Source of the DNA: a virus
Lineage: Duplodnaviria; Caudoviricetes
IMG/VR virus record: IMGVR_UViG_3300042807_000264
Span: 1 to 46,131 of that record
Strand: one strand, 5' to 3'
DNA length: 46,131 bases
Position numbers and translations under genes: made by a program. The notes below the pieces were generated by a model. That model was given only the letters and a program-made list of their open reading frames with translations. It was not told where the DNA came from and made no database searches. This document shows positions 37,037 to 45,396 of the stretch, one piece after another; the first letter of the stretch is position 1, and the number at the start of each line of letters is the position of its first letter.

Positions 37037-38106
37037 TTTGACTGCCTAATAGTTATGATATTACCCGAGTTAGGCGCTGAGCCCCAACCTACTTTACCTT
37101 CATCACCATTATGCACAATAGTTAAATTAGTATTTGCACTTAGTCTTGCTCTCACTTCTGCATAATGATCGCTGTCAGTTGTTCTATAAAAAGTCACATA
37201 CGGATTTGCTTCAACGCATATAATCTTTTCAGAGCAAGGACCTTTCGCATTACTACCTGCTGCTAGTGCAGCTAATCTAGCTTCATCTTTGTTTGCGTTT
37301 CTATTATCGGCATTAGCCACTCTAGTTATAGTTTCTTCTTCTTTTTCTTCTTGCTCGTTATCTTTCGATGCTTTAGCAAGCTGTTCCTGTACTGCTTCAG
37401 GTGGACTGATAATTAGTTCATTTGTTACTTGGCTGTCAAAACTAATTCTCGGGTCAATGCTGGTTAGCTTTAGCGTAACTGGAGGATTTGGTAATGAATC
37501 AAAGTTTGCTACATATGTTGCACTAAATGGTTCATTCAATTCAACTGAACCAGCTGCATTTTCGACTATGATTTTACCTGTTTGGCAGTTTAATAAACGC
37601 TGTTCATCTGATTTAGTTACTTCATTTTCATCACGGCAGCTAGGTACCAGAATAACTAAACTTCTGCCCATCTCGTCTACCGTCATGTGAAAATCTGTAC
37701 CTCGCACTGCGATGGCAGCACTAGGAGTTTTGATGTTGATACGTTGAGGATTTACTTTGGCAATTTGTCCACTAGCATAACGTACAGTACCCATAGATAC
37801 TTTCATTGCTAGTCTGCCAGCATCACTCTTTTTAGGATCGTAAACAAAGTCGTCTATAACTAGTCGACTGTTTTCTGTAATCTTTACTTTAGTGTTATCT
37901 TTAAAATTGATATTTAGTGTAGTACCTTTTCGGGTACTAACAGTGTCATTAGATGCTATTCCTGTGTTAGGTTTTCCTGCAATAACTTGTTTCCCGCGCT
38001 GAATAGAAGAGTCAGGGCCAACCTGAGTTGAGATTTTACCAATCTCAGCCCAAGCTGGCGCTGCGCTCAGAAAACAACACATTGCAATAGCAATCTGGCG
38101 TAGCAT
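37033..38106 (-). CDS. Periplasmic FecR-domain protein
   Basis: Signal peptide (APAWA), D.VST....L.I.F.DNT.V.ITENSRLVID, IKTPSAAIAVRGTDF. Confidence 0.85.
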   Translation of the reverse strand: MLRQIAIAMCCFLSAAPAWAEIGKISTQVGPDSSIQRGKQVIAGKPNTGIASNDTVSTRKGTTLNINFKDNTKVKITENSRLVIDDFVYDPKKSDAGRLAMKVSMGTVRYASGQIAKVNPQRINIKTPSAAIAVRGTDFHMTVDEMGRSLVILVPSCRDENEVTKSDEQRLLNCQTGKIIVENAAGSVELNEPFSATYVANFDSLPNPPVTLKLTSIDPRISFDSQVTNELIISPPEAVQEQLAKASKDNEQEEKEEETITRVANADNRNANKDEARLAALAAGSNAKGPCSEKIICVEANPYVTFYRTTDSDHYAEVRARLSANTNLTIVHNGDEGKVGWGSAPNSGNIITIRQSK

Positions 38107-38798
38107 TAGTTGCTCGTAGTTACATTAATAATGTTACTGCCGCCGTTAACCTTGATGTTTACAGTTGTGTCAATTGTACCACCTTGTGTAGTTGTAATTT
38201 GGTTTAATGAACCAACTATTTGTACTTTAAGGTTATGTCCGTCAACACCCGCTGAACCAGTTTGTGTGTGACGTAAAATGTTACTGTCACCACTGATATC
38301 AACATCTAGCTTACCGTTGCTACTTGTTAAATCGTATTGTAGGTCGTTTAAGTTACCAACAATTTTTGTCTTACTATTGATAGCACTACCTGCAATTGTT
38401 TCAACTAATTTGTTACCATTGCCTGTAATTGTCTGATCAATAATAACACCTGTACATGCGCCTGCGCCTGTGCCGCAAGTCACTAGTACATCGTTGTTGT
38501 TACCCGAAACTACACTTGTATATGTATTACCATTACCTGTTATTTTATAATTTGCTTTATTGTTATCCCCAGTCTGGCTCATAGTGACTGTGTTAGTGTC
38601 GCCAGTAATAGTAGCATAATCACTGGTGCTAACACCAATGTTATTTCCACTACCGGACTGTGTTAAGGTAACTGTATTACTATTACCAACTTGGTCAATC
38701 ATAACCTTGTTGGTAGTACTTGCTACCTGAGCAAAAGAACTGGTAGAGCCTAAAGCCATTACAAGACCAAACAACAAGCCTTTCAATGTCTTAGTCAT
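38106..38798 (-). CDS. Curlin-like (CsgA/CsgB-type) repeat protein
   Basis: Signal peptide (SSFA/Q) and about 23-aa QxGxxN repeats (IDQVGNSNTVTLTQSGSGN; ITGDTNTVTMSQTGDNN); directly downstream of csgG. Start ATG 38798 follows a GGAG Shine-Dalgarno. Confidence 0.8.
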   Translation of the reverse strand: MTKTLKGLLFGLVMALGSTSSFAQVASTTNKVMIDQVGNSNTVTLTQSGSGNNIGVSTSDYATITGDTNTVTMSQTGDNNKANYKITGNGNTYTSVVSGNNNDVLVTCGTGAGACTGVIIDQTITGNGNKLVETIAGSAINSKTKIVGNLNDLQYDLTSSNGKLDVDISGDSNILRHTQTGSAGVDGHNLKVQIVGSLNQITTTQGGTIDTTVNIKVNGGSNIINVTTSN

Positions 38799-39783
38799 TG
38801 ACTCTCTCTCCTGTTTTAATTTTTTCACCGGAACCGTCTACAATAGTTGATTTAGGTTCTACGGCGGCGTTCTTCTCTTTACCGTTAAGTGTGTTTTTTA
38901 GCTTATTAAGAATTTGTGCTTCTTCTTTAGCTTTCTTTTTGGCTTCATCGGCTAGTCTGATTTCTTCTACAGATTTTGGATCATAGTCCCAGAAGCCTCG
39001 TTTCTGCCCTTCGCGAATCATTTCAACTACTGCGGCTTGGATAGCCATATTAGTTGCACGATTTCCGCTTTCGTTTACACCCATACCAATTTCAGCTTCA
39101 ATAGATTTAGTACCAGCTTCTACAAAGCGTAGAACACCTAACTTATCCATGTAGCTATATACTGTTTTTGTTGTAGTAATGCTTACTAATACCTCACCGG
39201 TAGTAACACTAACTACACGCAGACTCACAGTAATCATGTCTGCTTGATATTGGGTTTGAGGCCCAATACCTAAAATACGCATACCGCTGCCGCCTGTTAC
39301 AACATTACTGTCATAACCTACGATGCCGCCCTCTACAAGTACGCCAGCGAACAACATTGGAGGCATTGGTTTTGCATTTGCGCCTTCATAGATTTCGCGC
39401 ATCTGACGAATCATTTGACGCTCTTTCATTAAGTTGTCTAAGCCAACACGCTCAACAACTTTGAACCAGCTGCCATTGCCTACATCTTGAAGTGCTTTAA
39501 TCAAATAAGTTTCCGAACCTTGTGTAACTGCACTGCTTAACTGTGCAACCATTGGGCTGGGCTTACGTTGGCCTGTTCTATCTAAGAAGCTGTATACAGC
39601 AACAACTACTGGGCCGTTAGCTGGTTTTGGTAAAACAAACTCTGGACGATCTAATGTTGTGCCTTCAATCTTTGCATCTTGAAACTGAGTTTTAGTTAGC
39701 AACTTATCCATTTGTGAATAACTTGCACAACCACTTAGCACAAGGCTTGCACTTGCTAATAATGCTACTGTGAGTTTTTTCAT
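38791..39783 (-). CDS. csgG: Curli secretion channel lipoprotein CsgG
   Basis: Lipobox LSGC, VAVYSFLDRTGQRKP, SSAVTQG, WF.VVER.GL.NL..ERQ.IR, EGGIVGYDSN..TGG.G, NE. Confidence 0.93.
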   Translation of the reverse strand: MKKLTVALLASASLVLSGCASYSQMDKLLTKTQFQDAKIEGTTLDRPEFVLPKPANGPVVVAVYSFLDRTGQRKPSPMVAQLSSAVTQGSETYLIKALQDVGNGSWFKVVERVGLDNLMKERQMIRQMREIYEGANAKPMPPMLFAGVLVEGGIVGYDSNVVTGGSGMRILGIGPQTQYQADMITVSLRVVSVTTGEVLVSITTTKTVYSYMDKLGVLRFVEAGTKSIEAEIGMGVNESGNRATNMAIQAAVVEMIREGQKRGFWDYDPKSVEEIRLADEAKKKAKEEAQILNKLKNTLNGKEKNAAVEPKSTIVDGSGEKIKTGERVND

Positions 39784-39784
39784 A

Positions 39785-40258
39785 TTAACCACCACCTGCT
39801 GCGCTAACCATTGTTGCTACTGGCACTTTAATAACTGTTACAGTACCATCAGCATCTGTAATAGTTAATGTAATAAATGAACCGTCTTTCTTATAAGAAA
39901 CTGTACCGCCTGTTGGGAAGTCTAGTACGCCTTCGCTAATACCCGCTTCACCAAAGATGTTATCGGTGATCTGTTTTGCAAGTTCTTGATACATTCTACT
40001 TTCAAGTGCTTGCTTGAAACGATAGATTGGATCTTGCATTAGTTTTAATTCAGCCTTAGCTTCTGCTTGTGCTTTTTCGTCTTTAATTTTTTGTTTAGCT
40101 GCTTGTTCTTGATTGTAAATGCTTAGAACGTGCTGTGTAAAGCCTATGCCACTAAAGGATGGGCTATTAAATTGATGCACAATCTCAGAAGCACCAGCTG
40201 ACGATGCAGAAACAAGTAAAGCTGAAAAAACAAACATGTTAATTTTTCTTAGCATCAT
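39785..40258 (-). CDS. csgF: Curli assembly component CsgF
   Basis: Signal peptide followed by SEIVHQFNSPSFSG (matches the CsgF N-terminal F.F.NP.FGG pattern), F...LESR...LA, C-terminal ITD..G..T.I.VP. Confidence 0.88.
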   Translation of the reverse strand: MMLRKINMFVFSALLVSASSAGASEIVHQFNSPSFSGIGFTQHVLSIYNQEQAAKQKIKDEKAQAEAKAELKLMQDPIYRFKQALESRMYQELAKQITDNIFGEAGISEGVLDFPTGGTVSYKKDGSFITLTITDADGTVTVIKVPVATMVSAAGGG

Positions 40259-40595
40259 GTGTCTCCTCGTGCTTTGCTCTTACTTTCCCTACTTGTGATG
40301 TGTTTACTTGTTTTTTAAGAGATTCTAATTCTCTTTCTTTATGAGTTTTTTCAATAATTTTTTGAACTGCTCTATACTCTAGTACAACATTAACTTTCTG
40401 TTGTAATCGAATCATGTCTTGGTCCAGCATACGAGTTTTATCAATAACTCGAATCAGTGCAATGTGCATATCATGCAATGCAGGATCAATATGCTCGCCA
40501 ATAAATGTCCATATGAAATAGATAAAGTAGCCTAAGCCCACCATAGCTACAATTGGAAATCCAAATTGACCAATTAAATCAGCTATTCCGTCCAT
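40239..40595 (-). CDS. Single-TM plus coiled-coil membrane protein
   Basis: LIGQFGFPIVAMVGLGYFIYFIW TM followed by an amphipathic helix; overlaps the csgF start. Confidence 0.75.
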   Translation of the reverse strand: MDGIADLIGQFGFPIVAMVGLGYFIYFIWTFIGEHIDPALHDMHIALIRVIDKTRMLDQDMIRLQQKVNVVLEYRAVQKIIEKTHKERELESLKKQVNTSQVGKVRAKHEETHDAKKN

Positions 40596-40759
40596 TATTT
40601 GCTCTCTTCGTCTACTCTGACTAAAATTATTCTATTATCTTCATTGACCTCTACAACAAACTTATCGCCTGTTTTTACTTTCAATGAGTTAGGGCTTAAT
40701 TCTTTGTCAAAAAGAATATTGTTGCCTGCTGTTTCAAATACATAATCTACGTAAAGCAT
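40595..40759 (-). CDS. 54-aa protein, possible AbrB/SpoVT-like swapped-hairpin fold (not in the ORF track)
   Basis: MLYVDYVFETAGNNILFDKELSPNSLKVKTGDKFVVEVNEDNRIILVRVDEESK*. TAATG overlaps on both sides and an AGGAG Shine-Dalgarno. Confidence 0.65.
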   Translation of the reverse strand: MLYVDYVFETAGNNILFDKELSPNSLKVKTGDKFVVEVNEDNRIILVRVDEESK

Positions 40760-41055
40760 TAGTCTCTCCTTGCGTCCACTTTACCATCTTCTACAAAGTT
40801 GTTAGCTCTGGAGATGCGTTCAATGTCGGGTTTTAGTTCTAATGCGCTGCTAACCAGCAGATCAATCTTCATCATTTCGTTACTCATAGTGGTTGCACGG
40901 TTTTCTAATGATTTACAGAACATAGTTAATGTTTTAACTTGTTCTACTACACCCTCAAGTAATTGTCTGATTACAAGGAAAATAAAAAAGCCCATTGCTA
41001 GTGAACCAGCAATAGGTGCGCCAACTTCTGCTATGAGTTTAAAGATTTCTTCCAC
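40759..41055 (-). CDS. Single-TM plus coiled-coil membrane protein (paralog of 40239-40595)
   Basis: LIAEVGAPIAGSLAMGFFIFLVI TM; GTG start at 41055 after GGGAG. Confidence 0.75.
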   Translation of the reverse strand: MEEIFKLIAEVGAPIAGSLAMGFFIFLVIRQLLEGVVEQVKTLTMFCKSLENRATTMSNEMMKIDLLVSSALELKPDIERISRANNFVEDGKVDARRD

Positions 41056-41153
41056 AAAGACTCCCAACTTAGGAAATAAGTTTTTATAGTGTCAATGTCT
41101 ATGTGAGTTTGTGAATTGTAAGTGTAGAATGTATGTTATAATTCTTGTACTGT

Positions 41154-41161
41154 TATTTATC
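41154..41161 (-). promoter_or_regulatory. Late-type promoter motif in front of the curli/cyclase operon
   Basis: GATAAATA directly after the tail-fibre terminator. The same motif precedes the terminase, tube, neck and fibre genes. Confidence 0.7.
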
Positions 41162-41196
41162 AAAAAGAAAGGGTATACATTGCTGTACACCCTTTC
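41162..41196 (-). terminator. Intrinsic terminator after the tail fibre gene
   Basis: Minus strand GAAAGGGTGTACA-GCAA-TGTATACCCTTTC followed by TTTTT. Confidence 0.8.
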
Positions 41197-41221
41197 TAAT
41201 TAGTTTAAAGTGTAGTTTTAA

Positions 41222-44038
41222 TTACATTAAGTTAATCAATGCTTCAACTACGCCTTCGCCGCTGTCGCTTGAACCAATTGCTTTACCAATGATTGTACCG
41301 GCTTTAGCATTGTTATTAACCATTGCATGGCCTTTAACGCCGCTAGCAACTAGTAGGTCGCCCTTAGCAACTGGACCAACCACCTTAACTGGCACACGAC
41401 CAGTTAGTGCAATATATGGATGAGTATCGTTGTTACCAGCAGCACTGTTCATCATGTATGCTGGATCTGTTGAAACAACACCTGCTACAGCGTGGTCATT
41501 TTCATGATCACATGCAGTAATTTCTTTAGCGCCGCCAAAGCATACTACTGTGCCTGGTTCTAGGATTGCATCAGCTTCGTAACGTTCTGCCAAGTCAGCG
41601 TAACGTGCGCTTGATGCAGTACCTTGGAAGATGTTAGCATAAATGTCACCGCTAGAATCGCGAGCTGCAACCTTGCTTGCTGTAGCTGTAGTTGTAGCAT
41701 CAACTGCTACTGAATCTGCTGCTACAGTGATGTAGTTACCGGGGCCAACTGCTACTACGCCTGAGCTGTATGTTAAACCGCCGCCTGCTGTACTACTTGC
41801 TAATGTAATTGCACCAGTTGTGCTGTTGTAATCAACACCACTTGAACCACTGATTAACGCACGAACGCTTGAGTTTGACAGTTCAATGCTATCAGCATTC
41901 GCAACAATACCGTATCCACCAACTACGTTTAGTGTTACAGAACCGCTGCTGCCGCCGCCAGTTAAACCGCTACCAGCAACAACTTCACTAATGTCACCTG
42001 TTAATGTTACGTTGCTTGCGCTTGTAACACGACCGTATGCGTCAATTGTAATTTGAGCTGCTTGTGTTGCACTACCGTATGTACCAGCAGTTACACCGCT
42101 TGTTGAAAGTGCAACGTCATCTGCATTTACAGTAATACCAGTACCAGCACCAACTGCTAATACACCTGATGTAAATGTTAAACCTGCGCCTGCTGTTGAG
42201 CTTGCTAGGCTAATTACACCACTACTATAGCTAACACCAGATGAGCCGCTTAAACGAGCATCAATACGTGTATTTGCTTCTGATTGGCTAGGACCGGTAT
42301 ATGTAAATACGCCATCGCTGTAGCTAAAGCTACCATCACCACCTGAATCTGTTGCACTAAATAGGCCCTTAACGTAACTTGCGTTAACAGCAACATCATC
42401 TGCATTTACAGTAATACCGGAACCAGCACCAATGCTTAGTGAAACTGTGCCGCTTGTGCCGCCTCCAGTTAAACCTGCGCCTGCTGTTACAGCTTCAATA
42501 TCACCTGCATCATTTGTAAAGCTAAACACACCTGTTGTTGAGTTATAGCTAATATCGCCTGATGCGCTAAACAATGCTCTAACGTCTGAGTTTGCTAACT
42601 CAATGTTATCAGCATTTACAGCAATACCATAACCAGCACCAATTGAAATGTTACCGCTGCTGTATGTTAAACCGTTGCCGCCTACAATTCGTGCATCAAT
42701 TCGTGCATTTGCTTCAGATGCGCTTGGACCTGTGTAAGTAAATACACCGTCACTATAACTGAAACTGCCATCACCACCTGAATCTGTTGCGCTAAACAAG
42801 CTCTTAATATATGATACATTAACAGCAACATCATCTGCATTTACAGTAATACCGGATCCAGCACCAACAGCAAAAGTACCGTCAGTTAATGTTAGACCTG
42901 AACCGCCTGTAAAGTGAGCACGTACTTGAGCTGCACTTGGACCTGTATATGTAAATACGCCATCGCTGTAGCTAAAACTACCATCACCACCTGCATCAGT
43001 TGCACTGAATAATGCTTTGACTTGTGTGCCAGTTAATATGTCAGCATAAGTTGAACCATCATTTGTAAACTGCCACTTGTCGTCTGACTCGTTCCAACGA
43101 ATCTGTACATCAGCACTGTCGCCACGCTTAATTCTGATACCAGCATTTTCAGTTGGTGAACCAGTTGTGAAGTTGCTGTTTAAGTCAATGATGTTGTCAG
43201 CTAAACTGATTGTTTCACTGTTAACTGTAACAGTTGTACCGCTAACTGTTAAGTTACCGCTAATAGTAACACTATCGCTGAATGCTGTTGCACCAGCAAT
43301 TGTTTGTGCGCCTGTTGTACGGACAACTGTGTTGTCAACACTAAATGTGCCATTTGCTTTGCTTAGGCCGTCACCTGCACTTAGATAGCTTGCTAAGTCA
43401 ACGTATTGTTTAGTAGCAGCATCTTGTGCTTGAACTGGATTTGTTAGGTTGTTGATATACTGACTGTTAACGTCTAAGTTACTTGCAAGTTTTAAGCCGC
43501 CACTAGCTGTAATTGTTTTGCCTGCACTTAAGACTACGTTTGATTTAATTTGAATTTCACCGCCTGCGGTTAATTCTAAATCACCCGAGCCTGTTGTTAC
43601 AAGTGATAAGTTTTGGTTATTATCTGCACTAACTGTAATTGTACCGCTGTTATCAGCAAGTACCTTTTGTCCATTAACGTAAAGTGATCCTGGTCCGACG
43701 TAAACGTCTTTCCAAACTTTAGCCGCTGTACCTAAACTATATGTGTTATTAGCACTTGGTACTAAATTACCTGCTAAGTTCTCATAGTTCAAACTAATTG
43801 TTGCGTTACCTGATGATGCGCCACCTGTTAAGCCACTACCAGCAATTACTGCCGTGATATCAGCACCGCCCAGTGCTTCAACCTCATCAGCTCGAGCTAG
43901 TGGGTAACCGCCTGCTGTTACACCATCATGAACTACTACTGTATTTTTTTCTGTATCGATAGTAATTTCGCCGGCTAAACCAGTGAAACTGGCGTGTTGG
44001 GCGGTATTACCACGACGTCTCTGAATTGCTGTTGCCAT
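41222..44038 (-). CDS. Long tail fibre protein (Mtd-like N-terminus, repetitive shaft, C-terminal intramolecular-chaperone-like domain)
   Basis: IQRRRG...FTG.AGEIT.DT....VVHDG.T.GG.PLA N-terminus, P...QDAATKQYVD, Gly/Ser/Thr repeats, YADLAERY...GVVS..P...ALTGRVPVKV.G C-terminus. Confidence 0.85.
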   Translation of the reverse strand: MATAIQRRRGNTAQHASFTGLAGEITIDTEKNTVVVHDGVTAGGYPLARADEVEALGGADITAVIAGSGLTGGASSGNATISLNYENLAGNLVPSANNTYSLGTAAKVWKDVYVGPGSLYVNGQKVLADNSGTITVSADNNQNLSLVTTGSGDLELTAGGEIQIKSNVVLSAGKTITASGGLKLASNLDVNSQYINNLTNPVQAQDAATKQYVDLASYLSAGDGLSKANGTFSVDNTVVRTTGAQTIAGATAFSDSVTISGNLTVSGTTVTVNSETISLADNIIDLNSNFTTGSPTENAGIRIKRGDSADVQIRWNESDDKWQFTNDGSTYADILTGTQVKALFSATDAGGDGSFSYSDGVFTYTGPSAAQVRAHFTGGSGLTLTDGTFAVGAGSGITVNADDVAVNVSYIKSLFSATDSGGDGSFSYSDGVFTYTGPSASEANARIDARIVGGNGLTYSSGNISIGAGYGIAVNADNIELANSDVRALFSASGDISYNSTTGVFSFTNDAGDIEAVTAGAGLTGGGTSGTVSLSIGAGSGITVNADDVAVNASYVKGLFSATDSGGDGSFSYSDGVFTYTGPSQSEANTRIDARLSGSSGVSYSSGVISLASSTAGAGLTFTSGVLAVGAGTGITVNADDVALSTSGVTAGTYGSATQAAQITIDAYGRVTSASNVTLTGDISEVVAGSGLTGGGSSGSVTLNVVGGYGIVANADSIELSNSSVRALISGSSGVDYNSTTGAITLASSTAGGGLTYSSGVVAVGPGNYITVAADSVAVDATTTATASKVAARDSSGDIYANIFQGTASSARYADLAERYEADAILEPGTVVCFGGAKEITACDHENDHAVAGVVSTDPAYMMNSAAGNNDTHPYIALTGRVPVKVVGPVAKGDLLVASGVKGHAMVNNNAKAGTIIGKAIGSSDSGEGVVEALINLM
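42287..43012 (-). repeat. Three 78-bp direct repeats inside the tail fibre gene (42287-42364, 42722-42799, 42935-43012)
   Basis: Each copy encodes LFSATD(S/A)GGDGSFSYSDGVFTYTGPS, interleaved with GAG(S/T)GITVNADDVA repeats. Confidence 0.9.
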
Positions 44039-44082
44039 TCTAAATCCCCTAAGAGTTAAACGTTGTTACGCATATTTATCAT

Positions 44083-45381
44083 TTATTTAATAATCATTAG
44101 TTCTAACTCATCGTTCAAGTCTTTTACCTTGATCCAATTGTTATTAACTAGCTGACCTTTAAAAACTGGTGCTGATCCTAATATGCAAACTACCGCCCAG
44201 TTTTTTCTTTTTTCTCTACCCACATATTCTTCTGAACTATCCCAGAGATGATTTACAGCGGATTTAAAAAACTCGTTACCATTATAATCAGTTTGAATTT
44301 CAATTGCATTATCAGGTAATGCAAAATCTTTTGACAAACTATGCTTATAAAAACTTTTTAATTTTGTAGTTTCTATTTCTAACCACTCTACAATACTATA
44401 CTTGTTCTGCTTGTCTCTAAATTTACTGTGCCAGTGGTTCCATGCACTATTACCTACAACTGCTGCATGAGGAACTACTACCCCTACGACCTTGTCGCCT
44501 TCGTCTGCTACCCGTAATTTGCCGTTAGCATCAAGTGTTACAGTAAATCCATTTCTATCTTCGCCGCGGCTGTTGCCGTCAGCCCATTCAAACAATTCTG
44601 CATAGCAGGTGCCATTGCTGTAATATGAGCTATTAGCATATACTGCACCGGTACCGTCAACTCTAAATGTTTCGGTATCCTCATCCGCAATTACATTAAA
44701 TGCGTTCCAACGATTGTTTAGAGGAGTTGCTGCCGTAATACTAATCGCGGTATGATCATATTCTAATGTTGGTATATCAATTGAGACTGCATCAGTATCG
44801 TTGAACTTGTGATATACTCCAAAGGTAGCATCGTTAACTTTAGTCATGCTGCCTAATGCCATAGTACCATCACTGAATACGTTAGTGCCTTGGCGATTCA
44901 TTCTGCTTACTGCACGAAATACAAATGTCTTATCATCGTCACCGTCACCTTCAACAATTACACCGCGGGTTGCACCATCACCACTGGTTGGGAGGTCTGC
45001 TTCACTGGTATAGCCTGATCTAAAGTGTGCTGATCCTTTACCATAACTTCTTGGACTTTTAGTGCCGGTGGCAATCTGTCCGTTTTTACCTACAAGGAGT
45101 ACTACGTCGTTTTCTTTTGAAAACAACAATCCATCATCACTTGCATCAATAGCATAAGGCTTTGCGCCTGTGAGAACGATACGATCTCTACGTTGCTCCG
45201 ATGCACTGGTAATTTTTTGTAGTGCTACTTGCATCTTTCCTTCAAATTCTACTGTTAACTTTTTTGTTACTGCTTCAGTGATTTTAGCTGTTAGTGAATC
45301 AACATCAATACTCGGTGTTGGTGCGCTAACTGATAGTGTAATATCACTTAAGTCTGTTTTTTGTGTTTTAGCTCTCGCCAT
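44083..45381 (-). CDS. Fibre/spike-like protein with a C-terminal peptidase G2 / IMC autoproteolytic-type domain
   Basis: FRVDG.G, YAELFEWADGN...EDR.GFTV, VGVV, GN...W..KF, Y..RE.R..W..V..LG. Confidence 0.75.
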   Translation of the reverse strand: MARAKTQKTDLSDITLSVSAPTPSIDVDSLTAKITEAVTKKLTVEFEGKMQVALQKITSASEQRRDRIVLTGAKPYAIDASDDGLLFSKENDVVLLVGKNGQIATGTKSPRSYGKGSAHFRSGYTSEADLPTSGDGATRGVIVEGDGDDDKTFVFRAVSRMNRQGTNVFSDGTMALGSMTKVNDATFGVYHKFNDTDAVSIDIPTLEYDHTAISITAATPLNNRWNAFNVIADEDTETFRVDGTGAVYANSSYYSNGTCYAELFEWADGNSRGEDRNGFTVTLDANGKLRVADEGDKVVGVVVPHAAVVGNSAWNHWHSKFRDKQNKYSIVEWLEIETTKLKSFYKHSLSKDFALPDNAIEIQTDYNGNEFFKSAVNHLWDSSEEYVGREKRKNWAVVCILGSAPVFKGQLVNNNWIKVKDLNDELELMIIK

Positions 45382-45396
45382 GTGTGTTCCTATAGT

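Noticed and set aside
33416-41161. Host chromosomal DNA or misassembly as the source of the curli operon
   Set aside because: The block carries the phage late motif, compact overlapping junctions and phage-like composition, and it is flanked by virion genes. Read coverage would be needed to exclude a chimera fully.
42287-43012. CRISPR array
   Set aside because: The repeats are 78 bp, coding and irregularly spaced, with no cas genes.
41222-44038. Diversity-generating retroelement, suggested by the Mtd-like N-terminus and internal repeats
   Set aside because: No reverse transcriptase in the window. The repeats are in-frame and differ at synonymous positions rather than at adenines, and there is no C-terminal variable-repeat/template pair.
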